IMG/VR virus record: IMGVR_UViG_3300008267_000009
Location: 1 to 64,000 of that record
Reading direction: 5' to 3' (one strand)
Source: a virus
Length of the DNA: 64,000 nt
Positions 6,607 through 17,147 of the stretch are shown one piece after another. Made by a program: the position numbers and the translations under genes. Under the pieces are notes generated by a model. The model did no database searches. It worked only from the letters and a program-made list of their open reading frames with translations, and was not told the origin of the DNA. Position 1 is the stretch's first letter; each line of letters starts with the position of its first letter.

Positions 6607-7593
6607 ATGCAAATATCATTCTCTACGCCTAAAATTAACTTAACTCAAAATACTGGTTATGGCTATGCTAGCTGGAATATTATACAATCTTTGCAAAAAT
6701 TAGGGCATCAAACACCATTTCAAGATTACCGTGCTCCAGTACAATTAAATTTTGCACAGCCATTTCAACATAAACTTCATAAAAATCAATACCAAATTAG
6801 TTATACACCTTGGGAATCTACAGTAGTTCCAAAAACATGGTTTCCAATGGTAAATTATTGTGATGAAGTCTGGGCTACATCAGATTGGTGTGCAAATGTT
6901 TTTGAAGATAATGGAATGAAAAATGTAAAAGTTTATCCTCATGGAATTAGTCCAGCATGGAAGCCTAAAAAAAGACAAGAGTCTGATGTTATTAAATTTT
7001 TGCATGTTGGCGAGCCAGCTCCTAGAAAAGCGGGACAGATGGTTGTGAATGCATTTGTTTCTTTATTTGGTAATAACCCAAAGTATAGTTTAACTATAAA
7101 AGCATATAGAGAAAACACAACAAGAGTTTTTAATAATTTTATAGATAAAGAAATAATTGGTTTGCCAGACAAAATGTATAATAATATAAAGGTTATTACC
7201 GAAGACATGTCTGAAGAAGAATTGGTTAGGTTGTATCACGATCACGATGTTTTAGTTTATCCAAGTTACGGTGAGGGATTTGGATTTATACCGCTTCAAG
7301 CCTTAGCTACTGGTATGCCAACTATATGTACTGGTGGATGGGCACATTACTTTAAATTTTTAGGACCACTTGTTTTAAAATCAACTTTACAAGATTCAAA
7401 ATTTTTTAATCTTCCTGGTAAAGTATATGAACCAAACTATCAACACCTACTTGAGCTTATGAGAGATGTTACTCAAAATTTTAAAGCATATTCTGGATAC
7501 TACTATAAACAATCTGAAGAAATACATAATGAATATAATTGGATCCAGTTGACTAAGAATAGCTTTGATCCAATTTTTAAAAAATTTAAATAA
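6607..7593 (+). CDS. GT-B glycosyltransferase (GT4-like)
   Basis: TPWES, PRKAG, VYPSYGEGFGFIPLQALATGMP. Confidence 0.88.
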   Translation: MQISFSTPKINLTQNTGYGYASWNIIQSLQKLGHQTPFQDYRAPVQLNFAQPFQHKLHKNQYQISYTPWESTVVPKTWFPMVNYCDEVWATSDWCANVFEDNGMKNVKVYPHGISPAWKPKKRQESDVIKFLHVGEPAPRKAGQMVVNAFVSLFGNNPKYSLTIKAYRENTTRVFNNFIDKEIIGLPDKMYNNIKVITEDMSEEELVRLYHDHDVLVYPSYGEGFGFIPLQALATGMPTICTGGWAHYFKFLGPLVLKSTLQDSKFFNLPGKVYEPNYQHLLELMRDVTQNFKAYSGYYYKQSEEIHNEYNWIQLTKNSFDPIFKKFK

Positions 7594-7683
7594 GCTCTTC
7601 CCCTTTGAATTAAAGTTTGGTAGAATTGAGCTTCAACTAAAAATTATAGAACCGCAAGGCGGAGAAAAGGTGTTATTTAAAAA

Positions 7684-9618
7684 ATGTCAAAAACTATTGC
7701 AAACCCATATGAAAATTTCATTGCTCTGTCTCGTTATGCGAGATGGATTCCAGAAGAAGGACGCCGTGAAACTTGGGGCGAAACAGTAGACAGATATTTT
7801 AACTTTATGTTAGATCATCTAAAGGTAAACAATAACTATGTTCCATCAGAAAGCCTAGTCACAGAATTAAAAGATGCTGTATTTAATCGTAACGTAATGC
7901 CTTCTATGAGATCTGTAATGACTGCAGGTGCCGCATTAGATAGAGACAATGTTGCAGGATATAACTGCTCATTTGTTCCAGTAGATTCACCACGCTCATT
8001 TGATGAAACTATGTATATCCTTATGTGTGGAACAGGTGTTGGGTTTTCTGTAGAATACAAGTATGTTAACAAACTTCCTTCCGTCCCAGAGACGTTTGAA
8101 AAAACAACAACAGTAATTGTTGTAGAAGATTCAAAACAAGGTTGGGCCAAAGCATATCGTGAACTGCTAGCTCTTTTGTGGACAGGACAAGTTCCAGCAA
8201 TTGATGTTTCTAAAGTTAGACCAGCAGGTGCTCGTCTTAAGACTATGGGAGGAAGATCATCTGGTCCACAGCCACTTATAAACCTATTTGATTTTACTAT
8301 TGCAAAATTTAAGAATGCGGCAGGCCGTCAACTTAAGCCAATTGAAGCACATGACATTATGTGTAAGATTGGAGAAGTTGTAGTAGTTGGCGGAGTAAGA
8401 CGCTCAGCAATGATTTCTCTTTCTAATATTAATGATATTGAAATGGCTGCAGCCAAATCAGGTAATTGGTGGGAGAACAATACTCAACGTGCACTTTCAA
8501 ATAACTCTGTTGCATATTCACGCAAACCAGAGATGGAGCAGTTTATAGCAGAATGGAAGAATCTTTATGATTCAAAGTCAGGAGAACGAGGTATATACAA
8601 TGTGGCCGCAGCTCAAGCCCAAGCAGCCAAGTATGGAAGAAGAGATCCAGATATTCACTATGGAACTAACCCATGCTCAGAGATTATCCTACGTCCTTAC
8701 CAGTTTTGTAATCTTTCAGAAGTCGTACTACGTGAAAAAGATACAAATGAAGATGTTGCAAATAAAGTACGCCTTGCAACAATTCTTGGTACATGGCAAT
8801 CAACACTAACAGATTTTAAATACCTTCGTAAAATTTGGAAGGATAACACTGAAGAAGAAAGACTACTTGGAGTTTCACTAACAGGACAATTCGGACATAA
8901 GTTTTTTTCTGGAAAACAGGGTCTTGATAAATTGGAAGATGCATTATCTCGACTTCGTGAGTATGCTCGTGAAATTAATAAAGAAGAGGCTGGGAAAATT
9001 GGGATTCCTGAGTCTGCAGCTATTACATGCGTAAAACCTTCTGGAACAGTTTCCCAATTGGTCGGGGTATCTTCAGGAATGCATCCATGGCATTCCCCAT
9101 ACTATATTAGAACAGTCCGTGGCTCAAAGGGAGATCCAATTTCTGTATTTTTAAAAGAAGTTGGAATTCCAGTAGAAGACGATGTTATGAAGCCAAATGA
9201 TACATACGTATTTTCATTTCCAGTAAAGGCTCCAGAAGGTGCTATTGTTAGAAACGATTTAACTGCACTAGACCACTTGAATACTTGGTTGGTTTACCAA
9301 CGTGCATGGTGTGAGCATAAGCCATCTATTACAGTTTCTGTAAAAGAAGAAGAGTGGATGGAGGTAGGTGCATGGGTTTACAAGCATTTTGATGAAGTCT
9401 CTGGAATCTCATTCTTGCCACACTCAGATCATTCTTATAAGCAAGCCCCATATCAAGAGGTTACAGAAGAAGAATACTTAGAGTTGTTGGCAAAAATGCC
9501 TTCAGATATTCGTTGGGAAGATTTATCATTTTATGAGACAGAAGACGGAACTTCTACAAATGCTACACTTGCATGCTCTTCAGATGGAAATTGCGAACTT
9601 GTAGATATTTCTGCTTAA
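7684..9618 (+). CDS. nrdJ: Class II (adenosylcobalamin-dependent) ribonucleotide reductase
   Basis: AGYNCSF, GGVRRSA, TNPCSE, FCNLSE, CVKPSGT, C-terminal ACSSDGNC. Confidence 0.93.
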   Translation: MSKTIANPYENFIALSRYARWIPEEGRRETWGETVDRYFNFMLDHLKVNNNYVPSESLVTELKDAVFNRNVMPSMRSVMTAGAALDRDNVAGYNCSFVPVDSPRSFDETMYILMCGTGVGFSVEYKYVNKLPSVPETFEKTTTVIVVEDSKQGWAKAYRELLALLWTGQVPAIDVSKVRPAGARLKTMGGRSSGPQPLINLFDFTIAKFKNAAGRQLKPIEAHDIMCKIGEVVVVGGVRRSAMISLSNINDIEMAAAKSGNWWENNTQRALSNNSVAYSRKPEMEQFIAEWKNLYDSKSGERGIYNVAAAQAQAAKYGRRDPDIHYGTNPCSEIILRPYQFCNLSEVVLREKDTNEDVANKVRLATILGTWQSTLTDFKYLRKIWKDNTEEERLLGVSLTGQFGHKFFSGKQGLDKLEDALSRLREYAREINKEEAGKIGIPESAAITCVKPSGTVSQLVGVSSGMHPWHSPYYIRTVRGSKGDPISVFLKEVGIPVEDDVMKPNDTYVFSFPVKAPEGAIVRNDLTALDHLNTWLVYQRAWCEHKPSITVSVKEEEWMEVGAWVYKHFDEVSGISFLPHSDHSYKQAPYQEVTEEEYLELLAKMPSDIRWEDLSFYETEDGTSTNATLACSSDGNCELVDISA

Positions 9619-9690
9619 TGGTAAAATAATAATATTGGGGGAAATACCCTCAAAATTCTGGGCACAGGGCCCAAAATTGGAGATGATCAA

Positions 9691-9918
9691 ATGAATAGAG
9701 ATCTAAATAAGGACGGAAAGGTTACAATGACAGAGGAAATTTTAGCAGCGCTAGGAACATATGCAAGAGCATTTCTTTCAGCCGCAATTGCTTTGTACAT
9801 GACTGGAAACACAAATCCAAAGGATTTGTTGATGGGTGGCATCGCAGCCGTTGCTCCAGTAATTTTGAAGGCTCTTAGCCCAAGTAATCAAGAATTTGGT
9901 TTCAAGACTAAGAAGTAA
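9691..9918 (+). CDS. Holin-like two-TM protein with N-terminal EF-hand-like loop
   Basis: Two hydrophobic helices, basic C-terminal tail, DLNKDGKVTMTE. Confidence 0.6.
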   Translation: MNRDLNKDGKVTMTEEILAALGTYARAFLSAAIALYMTGNTNPKDLLMGGIAAVAPVILKALSPSNQEFGFKTKK

Positions 9919-9936
9919 TTAAAGACGATTAGGATG

Positions 9937-9967
9937 ACTCCTGTGCTAAAATAAGCATAGGAGTTTT
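9937..9967 (+). terminator. Intrinsic terminator-like hairpin
   Basis: ACTCCTGTGCT-aaaata-AGCATAGGAGT-TTT; loop region also holds TGcTAAAAT. Confidence 0.55.
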
Positions 9968-9988
9968 CCTATTTAGGAGTACTAGCAA

Positions 9989-10336
9989 ATGGCAGGGCAA
10001 AAAAATTTCGAAGTAGATCAAAATGCTACTTTTACATTTATTGTTGAATATAAAGACAATAATAACTTACCCATAAACTTAACTGGGGCAAGTGCTAAAA
10101 TGCAGGTCCGTGATTCTAAAGGCGGACAAAAGTTGGCATTTTCTTTAACCTCACCAGGCGGTGGAATTACAATAGATCCACTACTTGGTAAGCTAACTAT
10201 TAAAATAACTCCTACTCAAACAAATAAACTATTTTATCCAAAATCAGAGTATGACATTATGCTTACTGATTCTAACGCTAATAAGATTAAGCTGCTAGAA
10301 GGATATATGACGCTGAGTAGGAGTGTAACTATTTAA
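9989..10336 (+). CDS. Virion structural protein (BppU-N-like fold)
   Basis: DQNATF..PINLTG.SAKMQVR...YDI...LLEG pattern typical of phage fibre-associated proteins. Confidence 0.6.
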   Translation: MAGQKNFEVDQNATFTFIVEYKDNNNLPINLTGASAKMQVRDSKGGQKLAFSLTSPGGGITIDPLLGKLTIKITPTQTNKLFYPKSEYDIMLTDSNANKIKLLEGYMTLSRSVTI

Positions 10337-10803
10337 TGGCCGAAAAAGTAATCGTAAACGAAGAAACAAACCTTGTTGTTGTAAAAGAAAATATAAATGC
10401 TGTTAAAATTTCTTCTCCTGGCCCACAAGGACCAAGAGGAAAAACCATTCTCAACGGAGAAGGTGCACCAGCAGACAACCTTGGTCTAGAAGGAGATTTT
10501 TACTACGATAAAAATACTACTAGATTTTATGGGCCAAAGCTTTCAGACCTAACTTGGGCAAACTCTACTAACTATCTATTAAGCACAATGACAATGACCT
10601 ACCCATTTGCAATAGGTCAAGTAACTGGTCCAGTAGATGGCATATATTCTGTAGAAATTTCTCATAACCTAGGATACAACCCAAACGTAACAGTAAAAGC
10701 TAGTTCTGGAGATATATTAGAAACAGGAATAGACTATAATAGTATTAATAAAATAACGCTGACAATGGCTCAACCATTTTCAGGGACAGCATATCTGTCT
10801 TAA
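10336..10803 (+). CDS. Virion protein with short collagen-like motif
   Basis: PGPQGPRG, G.G.P....G..GDFY..YGPK, HNLGYNP. Confidence 0.6.
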   Translation: MAEKVIVNEETNLVVVKENINAVKISSPGPQGPRGKTILNGEGAPADNLGLEGDFYYDKNTTRFYGPKLSDLTWANSTNYLLSTMTMTYPFAIGQVTGPVDGIYSVEISHNLGYNPNVTVKASSGDILETGIDYNSINKITLTMAQPFSGTAYLS

Positions 10804-10813
10804 GGAGAAGTAA

Positions 10814-12292
10814 ATGGCAAGATTATTCGTAACGAGTATTAACCTCAATAAAAATGAGTTGTTAAATGCTCGTATTCAAAATTTAAGTACCCCGCCATCT
10901 AGTCCAGTAACTGGTCAGATTTATTACAACAACGCTGACAATCTTCTGTATTTCTGGAATGGAACAGAGTGGCTAACAGCATCAGGTGATTTTGGAGATA
11001 GCAACTATACTACCAGAATTAAATTTGGACAGGCGGTCAACCATGGTTCATCCATGTATGTTGCACGAGCAGACCATACTCACGATGTAGCAGATATTAT
11101 TGGAACAGCAAATCAAATTACTGTATCAAAAGCAGCAAATGGAGATGCTACACTATCACTGCCAACACAATTAAACGTAACAAATATTAATGCTTCTAAC
11201 GTAGAGCTTTCAGGCAATGCAGACGTTTCTGGAACACTTGAAGTAACTGGAGCAGCAAATTTAAATAATACTTTAACTGTAGATGGACATACAGAATTAA
11301 ATAGCACCCTACATGTAGATGGTGCAACCACACTTGGATCAACAGTAACTGTAACTGGAGGAACAACTCTAAATGGTGCTGTAGCAATTAATGCAAATAC
11401 AACAATTGCTGGAGATGTAACTTTATCTGGTGCTTCATCAGACCTTAGCGTTGGTGGAAACGTAACAGTAACTGGAACATCTACTCTAAATGGAGCAACA
11501 ACAGTAGATGACACTTTACATGTAACTGGTGCAGTAGATTTAGACAGCACATTAAATGTAGACGGAGCCGCAACAGTAGGTGGACAGCTTACAGTAAATA
11601 ATGCAGTTGATATTAATGGAAGCGCAGACATATCAACGAACCTTGTTGTAGGTGGAACAACCGATTTAAATTCAACACTAGATGTAGTCGGAGCAGCACA
11701 GTTTGACTCTACATTAGGAGTAACTGGAAATGTAACTCTAGGCGCAGACCTTTCTGTTGGAGATGATTTAACAGTAACTGGAGACGCAACAGTAGGTGGA
11801 ACCTTTGGTGCTACAGGCGATGCAACATTCGGTGCAAATGTACAAATTAACGGTAGCCTAAATGTTCAAGGTTCTATTAACTCAATTAATACTACACAGG
11901 TAAATATCTCTGATAATAAGATTAACCTTAACAGCGATATGCCAGAAAACCAAGCGCCAACAGTTGATGCTGGATTAATTGTACATAGAGGGTCTGAAGA
12001 AGATGCTTTGTTTACATGGAATGAAACATCTAATCGTTGGGAAATTGGATTAGTCAATGGCCCACAGCATGCTATTACAAGAAAATTTGTATCTCAAATT
12101 GGTGACGGAACTGAATTAAACTGGCCAATTACACACAATCTGGGAACAAGAGAAGTTTCTGTTCAGGTTTATGATGCAGGAACATATGATACGGTTGAGG
12201 CTGATGTTGTTAGAACATCAGATAACATTGTAACAGTATCCTTTGCTTCACCACCACCAGCGCAAGCCTTTAAGGTAGTAATTATAGGATAA
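10814..12292 (+). CDS. Fibre protein with beta-solenoid repeats
   Basis: Many (S/N)TL.V.G repeats; DHTH; C-terminal THNLGT. Confidence 0.7.
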   Translation: MARLFVTSINLNKNELLNARIQNLSTPPSSPVTGQIYYNNADNLLYFWNGTEWLTASGDFGDSNYTTRIKFGQAVNHGSSMYVARADHTHDVADIIGTANQITVSKAANGDATLSLPTQLNVTNINASNVELSGNADVSGTLEVTGAANLNNTLTVDGHTELNSTLHVDGATTLGSTVTVTGGTTLNGAVAINANTTIAGDVTLSGASSDLSVGGNVTVTGTSTLNGATTVDDTLHVTGAVDLDSTLNVDGAATVGGQLTVNNAVDINGSADISTNLVVGGTTDLNSTLDVVGAAQFDSTLGVTGNVTLGADLSVGDDLTVTGDATVGGTFGATGDATFGANVQINGSLNVQGSINSINTTQVNISDNKINLNSDMPENQAPTVDAGLIVHRGSEEDALFTWNETSNRWEIGLVNGPQHAITRKFVSQIGDGTELNWPITHNLGTREVSVQVYDAGTYDTVEADVVRTSDNIVTVSFASPPPAQAFKVVIIG

Positions 12293-12597
12293 TGGCAAAA
12301 AGATTTCTAACTCCGATTCAGTTGGCAACGCTAGATGCGCCACCAGCTAGTCCTTCAGTTGGTCAAATCTATTACAACTTAAATGAACAAACTATAAAGG
12401 CGTATAATGGAGTTGTTTGGTATGATGTGGCTGGTCCAAAAGAAATACTTGAGCACACTCACGGAATAGACGGCATAGTTGATGAAGTTTCTTACGGAGA
12501 TTATGTAGATGAAGATAGAGTTATTGCAGATAGCTCTAATGTAAACGCAAACTTTATAGAAGATTATATAGACGGAGGTAGTGCAAGTGGCAATTAG
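12292..12597 (+). CDS. Small fibre-associated protein
   Basis: N-terminus similar to preceding gene (P.SP..GQIYYN); HTH motif. Confidence 0.6.
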   Translation: MAKRFLTPIQLATLDAPPASPSVGQIYYNLNEQTIKAYNGVVWYDVAGPKEILEHTHGIDGIVDEVSYGDYVDEDRVIADSSNVNANFIEDYIDGGSASGN

Positions 12598-15500
12598 AAT
12601 TCAATTACGTAGAGACACTGCAGCAAATTGGAGTTCAGTAAATCCAATATTAAGAGCTGGAGAAGTTGGAATTGAAACAGACTCACTACGCTTTAAAATT
12701 GGTGACGGGTCATCCACTTGGTCAAGCAGACCATATGTTAACGTATTACCTTCTGAGCTTACAGAGCTTTCTCAAGATGCTGTAAATCAAGCACTTACTG
12801 CTGGTAATGGCATTACAAAAGTATACAATGATGCAGCAAATACTATTACAGTATCTGTTGATACTTCAGTAATTGCAAATAAGCAATATGTAGATGACTC
12901 ATTAGCTGCAGTTTTAGACACTGCCCCAGAGCTACTTAACACTCTTAATGAATTAGCTGCCGCTATTGGAGATGACCCCAACTTCTTTGCATCAGTTGCA
13001 GCAAATTTAGCTTCTCACGAAGCAGATACCACAAATATTCACGGTATTCCAGATACAAGTATTTTAATAACAACTACTGGAACACAAACACTTTCTAATA
13101 AAACTTTAGCTTCTCCAATTTTAACAGGAATTCCGACAGCTCCAACAGCAACTGCTGGAACTAATACTACTCAAGTTGCAACAACAGAGTTTGTTAAAAC
13201 TGCTGTAGATAATTTAATTGACGGGGCTCCTGGAGTTCTTGATACTTTAAATGAGCTTGCAGCAGCCATAAATGATGATCCAGCATTTTTTAATAATGTT
13301 GCAACAAATCTAGCTAGCCATGAAGCTGATACAACTAATGTCCATGGTATAGCTAATACTGCAAAATTAATTACTGATGACGGATCACAAACTTTATTAA
13401 ATAAAACAATTATGTCTCCAGTTATAACTACACCAACTGGAATTGTTAAATCAGACGTTGGCCTTGCAAATGTTGATAATACTTCAGATATTAATAAGCC
13501 ATTATCTACAGCTGCCATAGACGCACTTGCGCTAAAAGCTAATTTATCAGACATTACAGAGCTTGCACAAGATGCAGTAAATACATCTCTAAACGCTGGT
13601 GTTGCTCTTTCAAAAAATTATGATGATGTTAATAATATAATAACAATAGATTTAGATAATACTACTGTTAATGCTGGATCTTATGGATCTACAACTAAGA
13701 TTCCTACTTTTACTGTAGATAATCAAGGTAGATTAACAGCAGCAGGAGAAACAGATGTAGCAACAAATCTTTCAATAGCTGGAGACACTGGTTCAGACAC
13801 AGTTAATTTACTAACAGACTTTTTAACAGTTGAAGGCGGAGAAGGAATTGATGTGTTGGTTACAAACAACACAATTAACGTTTCTGCAGAAGATGCAACT
13901 TCTACAAATAAAGGTGTGGCCTCTTTTGATCAAACAGACTTTACTGTTGCACAAGGAAATGTTACATTAAATACTGAACGTGTACAAGATATTGTAGGTG
14001 GCATGATTGATTCTAATACAGAATCAGGAATTTCTGTAACGTATAATGATATAGATGGCAAAATTGATTTTAATGTAGCAGACCCAACAATTACTTTAAC
14101 TGGTGATGTTACTGGCTCTGCAACAATGACAAACCTAGGAAATGTTGAAATTTCAACAACAATAGAGCCGAACTCCATATCTCTTGGAACAGACACATCT
14201 GGAAATTATGTAGCAACAATTACTGGAACAACAAATGAAATTGAGGTTACAGGTTCTGGCTCAGAAACAGCTTCTGTTCAAATAGGATTACCTTCTGACG
14301 TAACTGTAACAAATAACCTACATGTTGGAAATAATCTAGAGATAATGGGTAATTTAACAGTTAATGGTACAACAACAACAATTAACTCATCAACTCTATC
14401 TGTAGATGATAAATTCATTGAGCTTGGAGACATAGCAAACCCAACAGATGCAACTGCAGATGGCGGAGGTATTGCTCTTAAGGGTGATACAGAAAAACAT
14501 ATTTATTGGTATAACACTTCAGACGCATGGACATCTTCCGAAAATATTGATATCCATGCTGGAAGATCTTATATGATTGATGAGGTTCCAGTACTTACTT
14601 CTAACTCTGTATTAAATATTAATAAAGATAATTTAGGAAAAATTACACAAAAGCAGTCTTCATCATTTTTAGCCTCAGAAGTTTTACGAAATGGTGAAAT
14701 TGGATTTGAAACAGATACACTTCAAATAAAGATTGGTGACGGAACCTCTACTTGGGCACAGCTTGAATATGTTACAGTTACTCCAGATGGACTACAAAAT
14801 AACTTAGGTGATTATATTCCACTAAGTCAATTAGATGCTCCTGGTGGTGCAGTAAAATTAGATAATGACGGAAATGTTTTAGCTCAAAATAGTGTAATAT
14901 TAAATTCAGATCATGATCCAGCCACCGCTCCTCAACCAGGAACAAACTATGGAATTATTGTTGAAAGAGGAACTTCTACAGATGCAGGAATAGTTTGGGA
15001 TGAAACAGTAGACCAATGGAAAGTATTTGAAAATGGAAATGCATATAATCCTATTGCATCACAAAACTACGTAGCTCAGAATCTTGCAGTAGAAATTAAT
15101 AATCATAATAATGAAACTACAGGCGTTCATGGAATATTAAGCACTGCCGATTTAGTAACTGAATCTGAATTAACAGCTGCAATAACAATATCTGAAACAT
15201 CAACTGCAACAGCAATTGCAACAGCAGTTTCAGCTCATCACAATGATACTACAGCAGTTCACGGTATTGCAGATACAGCACAGTTAGTTACTCAAACACA
15301 ATTAACTGCACAAGGTACAACATTAAGCGCTGATATAGCTACAGCATCAAGCTCAGCCGCTTTAAATTTAGCAATTCATGAAGCAGACACAACAAATATA
15401 CATGGAATTACAGATACATCACAACTTGCATATCAGTCAGATGTCTCTGCTGCCGAAACTGCAGCAGCCACAGCTCTTGCATCTCACGAAGCAGACACAA

Positions 15501-17143
15501 CAAATATTCACGGAATTGCAAACACTGCTCTTTTAGCAACAACATCTTATGTTGATACACAAGTTGCACAGGCTAGCGTTACAGATAAAGCTTACACTGA
15601 TGCTGAAATTCAAGAATTAGATCTATCAATTGCAACAGATTTATCTACACTAGATGCTTCATTAAAACAGTATACAGATTATGGTATAGCTCAAGAAGTA
15701 ATTGCTAGAAATAGCAGAATAGCTTCAGATATAACTGCACATCAAAATGATACAACTTCAGTTCATGGAATAGCAGACACAAGCGTACTTGCAACTAATT
15801 CTTCTGTAGATGCTGCAATATCTGTACATAACTCAGATACTCTAGGGGTACACGGAATTGTAGATACTTCTCTTTTGACAACACAAGAATATGTTGGAAA
15901 TGCTATATCTACTCAAGCTGGAATTACAGAAGGTGCAGCAAACTCATTTACAACTTCAGCAATTTCAACACATAATGATGTAACAACAAATGTTCACGGA
16001 ATAACAAATACAGCAAACTTAGTATATACTAATGATGTAAGGCTTTCTGACACAAGAGTTCCAACAGATAATTCAGTAGGTACTGCAAAAATTATTAATG
16101 ACGCAGTAACAAATGAAAAAATATTTGGAGGAATTGATCAGTCTAAGATAACTAATTTAGTTTCAGATTTATCATTAAAGGCTCCATCAGAAGATCCAGT
16201 TTTTACTGGTAGCGTAACTCTTCCAACATCAATATCTTTATCAAATTCTTCAATAATAGATTTGACACATTTATCATCAATTACTAGCTCTGTTCAGGGG
16301 CAAATTGATTTAAAGGCTTCTTTATCTTCTCCAGCTCTTAGTGGAATTCCTACTGCTCCAACAGCAGCACCAGGAACTACAACTACACAAATTGCTACAA
16401 CAGAATACGTACATTTTGAAATAAATGATTTGCTTAATGGTGCTCCAGCAGCCTTAGATACATTAAATGAGTTGGCAGCAGCAATTAATGATGATGCAAA
16501 TTTTGCTGGAACAGTAACAACAGCCCTAGGATTAAAGGCACCACTTGCCTCACCTACATTTACTGGTACAGTAATTCTTCCAAATTCAACTATTACAGAA
16601 GCAATGATTGCAGCAAATGCAATTACAAATGATAAAATTAGCGCATCAGCCGCAATTGATCAATCTAAGATTTCAGGTTTGGTTAGCGACCTGAATTTAA
16701 AGGCTCCAAAAGCTTCTCCAACATTTACTGGAACAGTAACAGTTCCATCTCCAGTAAATCCAACAGATGCCGTAAATAAAGCATACGTTGACTCATATGC
16801 CCAGGATATTATACCTTTAGATAATTTGACTAGCCAATTTAACGGCGCAGAACAAAGGTTCCAGCCAAAATTCAATAATACTGTAGTAAACATAACCAAC
16901 CCTCTTAGGCTTTTAATAAGCATTAATGGTATAATTCAAATACTAGGAAATCAAGATAATCATTGGTTATCTCCGATACCTCAAGAAGGTTTTTTTGTAG
17001 ACTCTCAGGGTTATCTGAACTTTGGAGAACCTGTACCAAGAGGATCTACATTTGACGGTAGAGTTATGGGCGGACCCGCCACTAACTCTATAACCAAATC
17101 AAAGTATCCGTTTAGACCAATAGATATATTATTAGGAGCGTAA
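12587..17143 (+). CDS. Long tail/whisker fibre with Mtd_N-like domains and His-pair repeats
   Basis: RIQLRRDTAANW..GEVGIETD..KIGDG, with the GE.G.ETD..KIGDG part recurring internally; three AP..L.TLNELAAAI.DD repeats; nine H-x7-HGI repeats; GTG at 12587 is 8 nt after GGAGG. Confidence 0.8.
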   Translation: MAIRIQLRRDTAANWSSVNPILRAGEVGIETDSLRFKIGDGSSTWSSRPYVNVLPSELTELSQDAVNQALTAGNGITKVYNDAANTITVSVDTSVIANKQYVDDSLAAVLDTAPELLNTLNELAAAIGDDPNFFASVAANLASHEADTTNIHGIPDTSILITTTGTQTLSNKTLASPILTGIPTAPTATAGTNTTQVATTEFVKTAVDNLIDGAPGVLDTLNELAAAINDDPAFFNNVATNLASHEADTTNVHGIANTAKLITDDGSQTLLNKTIMSPVITTPTGIVKSDVGLANVDNTSDINKPLSTAAIDALALKANLSDITELAQDAVNTSLNAGVALSKNYDDVNNIITIDLDNTTVNAGSYGSTTKIPTFTVDNQGRLTAAGETDVATNLSIAGDTGSDTVNLLTDFLTVEGGEGIDVLVTNNTINVSAEDATSTNKGVASFDQTDFTVAQGNVTLNTERVQDIVGGMIDSNTESGISVTYNDIDGKIDFNVADPTITLTGDVTGSATMTNLGNVEISTTIEPNSISLGTDTSGNYVATITGTTNEIEVTGSGSETASVQIGLPSDVTVTNNLHVGNNLEIMGNLTVNGTTTTINSSTLSVDDKFIELGDIANPTDATADGGGIALKGDTEKHIYWYNTSDAWTSSENIDIHAGRSYMIDEVPVLTSNSVLNINKDNLGKITQKQSSSFLASEVLRNGEIGFETDTLQIKIGDGTSTWAQLEYVTVTPDGLQNNLGDYIPLSQLDAPGGAVKLDNDGNVLAQNSVILNSDHDPATAPQPGTNYGIIVERGTSTDAGIVWDETVDQWKVFENGNAYNPIASQNYVAQNLAVEINNHNNETTGVHGILSTADLVTESELTAAITISETSTATAIATAVSAHHNDTTAVHGIADTAQLVTQTQLTAQGTTLSADIATASSSAALNLAIHEADTTNIHGITDTSQLAYQSDVSAAETAAATALASHEADTTNIHGIANTALLATTSYVDTQVAQASVTDKAYTDAEIQELDLSIATDLSTLDASLKQYTDYGIAQEVIARNSRIASDITAHQNDTTSVHGIADTSVLATNSSVDAAISVHNSDTLGVHGIVDTSLLTTQEYVGNAISTQAGITEGAANSFTTSAISTHNDVTTNVHGITNTANLVYTNDVRLSDTRVPTDNSVGTAKIINDAVTNEKIFGGIDQSKITNLVSDLSLKAPSEDPVFTGSVTLPTSISLSNSSIIDLTHLSSITSSVQGQIDLKASLSSPALSGIPTAPTAAPGTTTTQIATTEYVHFEINDLLNGAPAALDTLNELAAAINDDANFAGTVTTALGLKAPLASPTFTGTVILPNSTITEAMIAANAITNDKISASAAIDQSKISGLVSDLNLKAPKASPTFTGTVTVPSPVNPTDAVNKAYVDSYAQDIIPLDNLTSQFNGAEQRFQPKFNNTVVNITNPLRLLISINGIIQILGNQDNHWLSPIPQEGFFVDSQGYLNFGEPVPRGSTFDGRVMGGPATNSITKSKYPFRPIDILLGA

Positions 17144-17147
17144 GCAC

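Noticed and set aside
12587-17143. Diversity-generating retroelement suggested by Mtd_N-like domains
   Set aside because: I saw no reverse transcriptase and no template/variable repeat pair differing at adenines in the window
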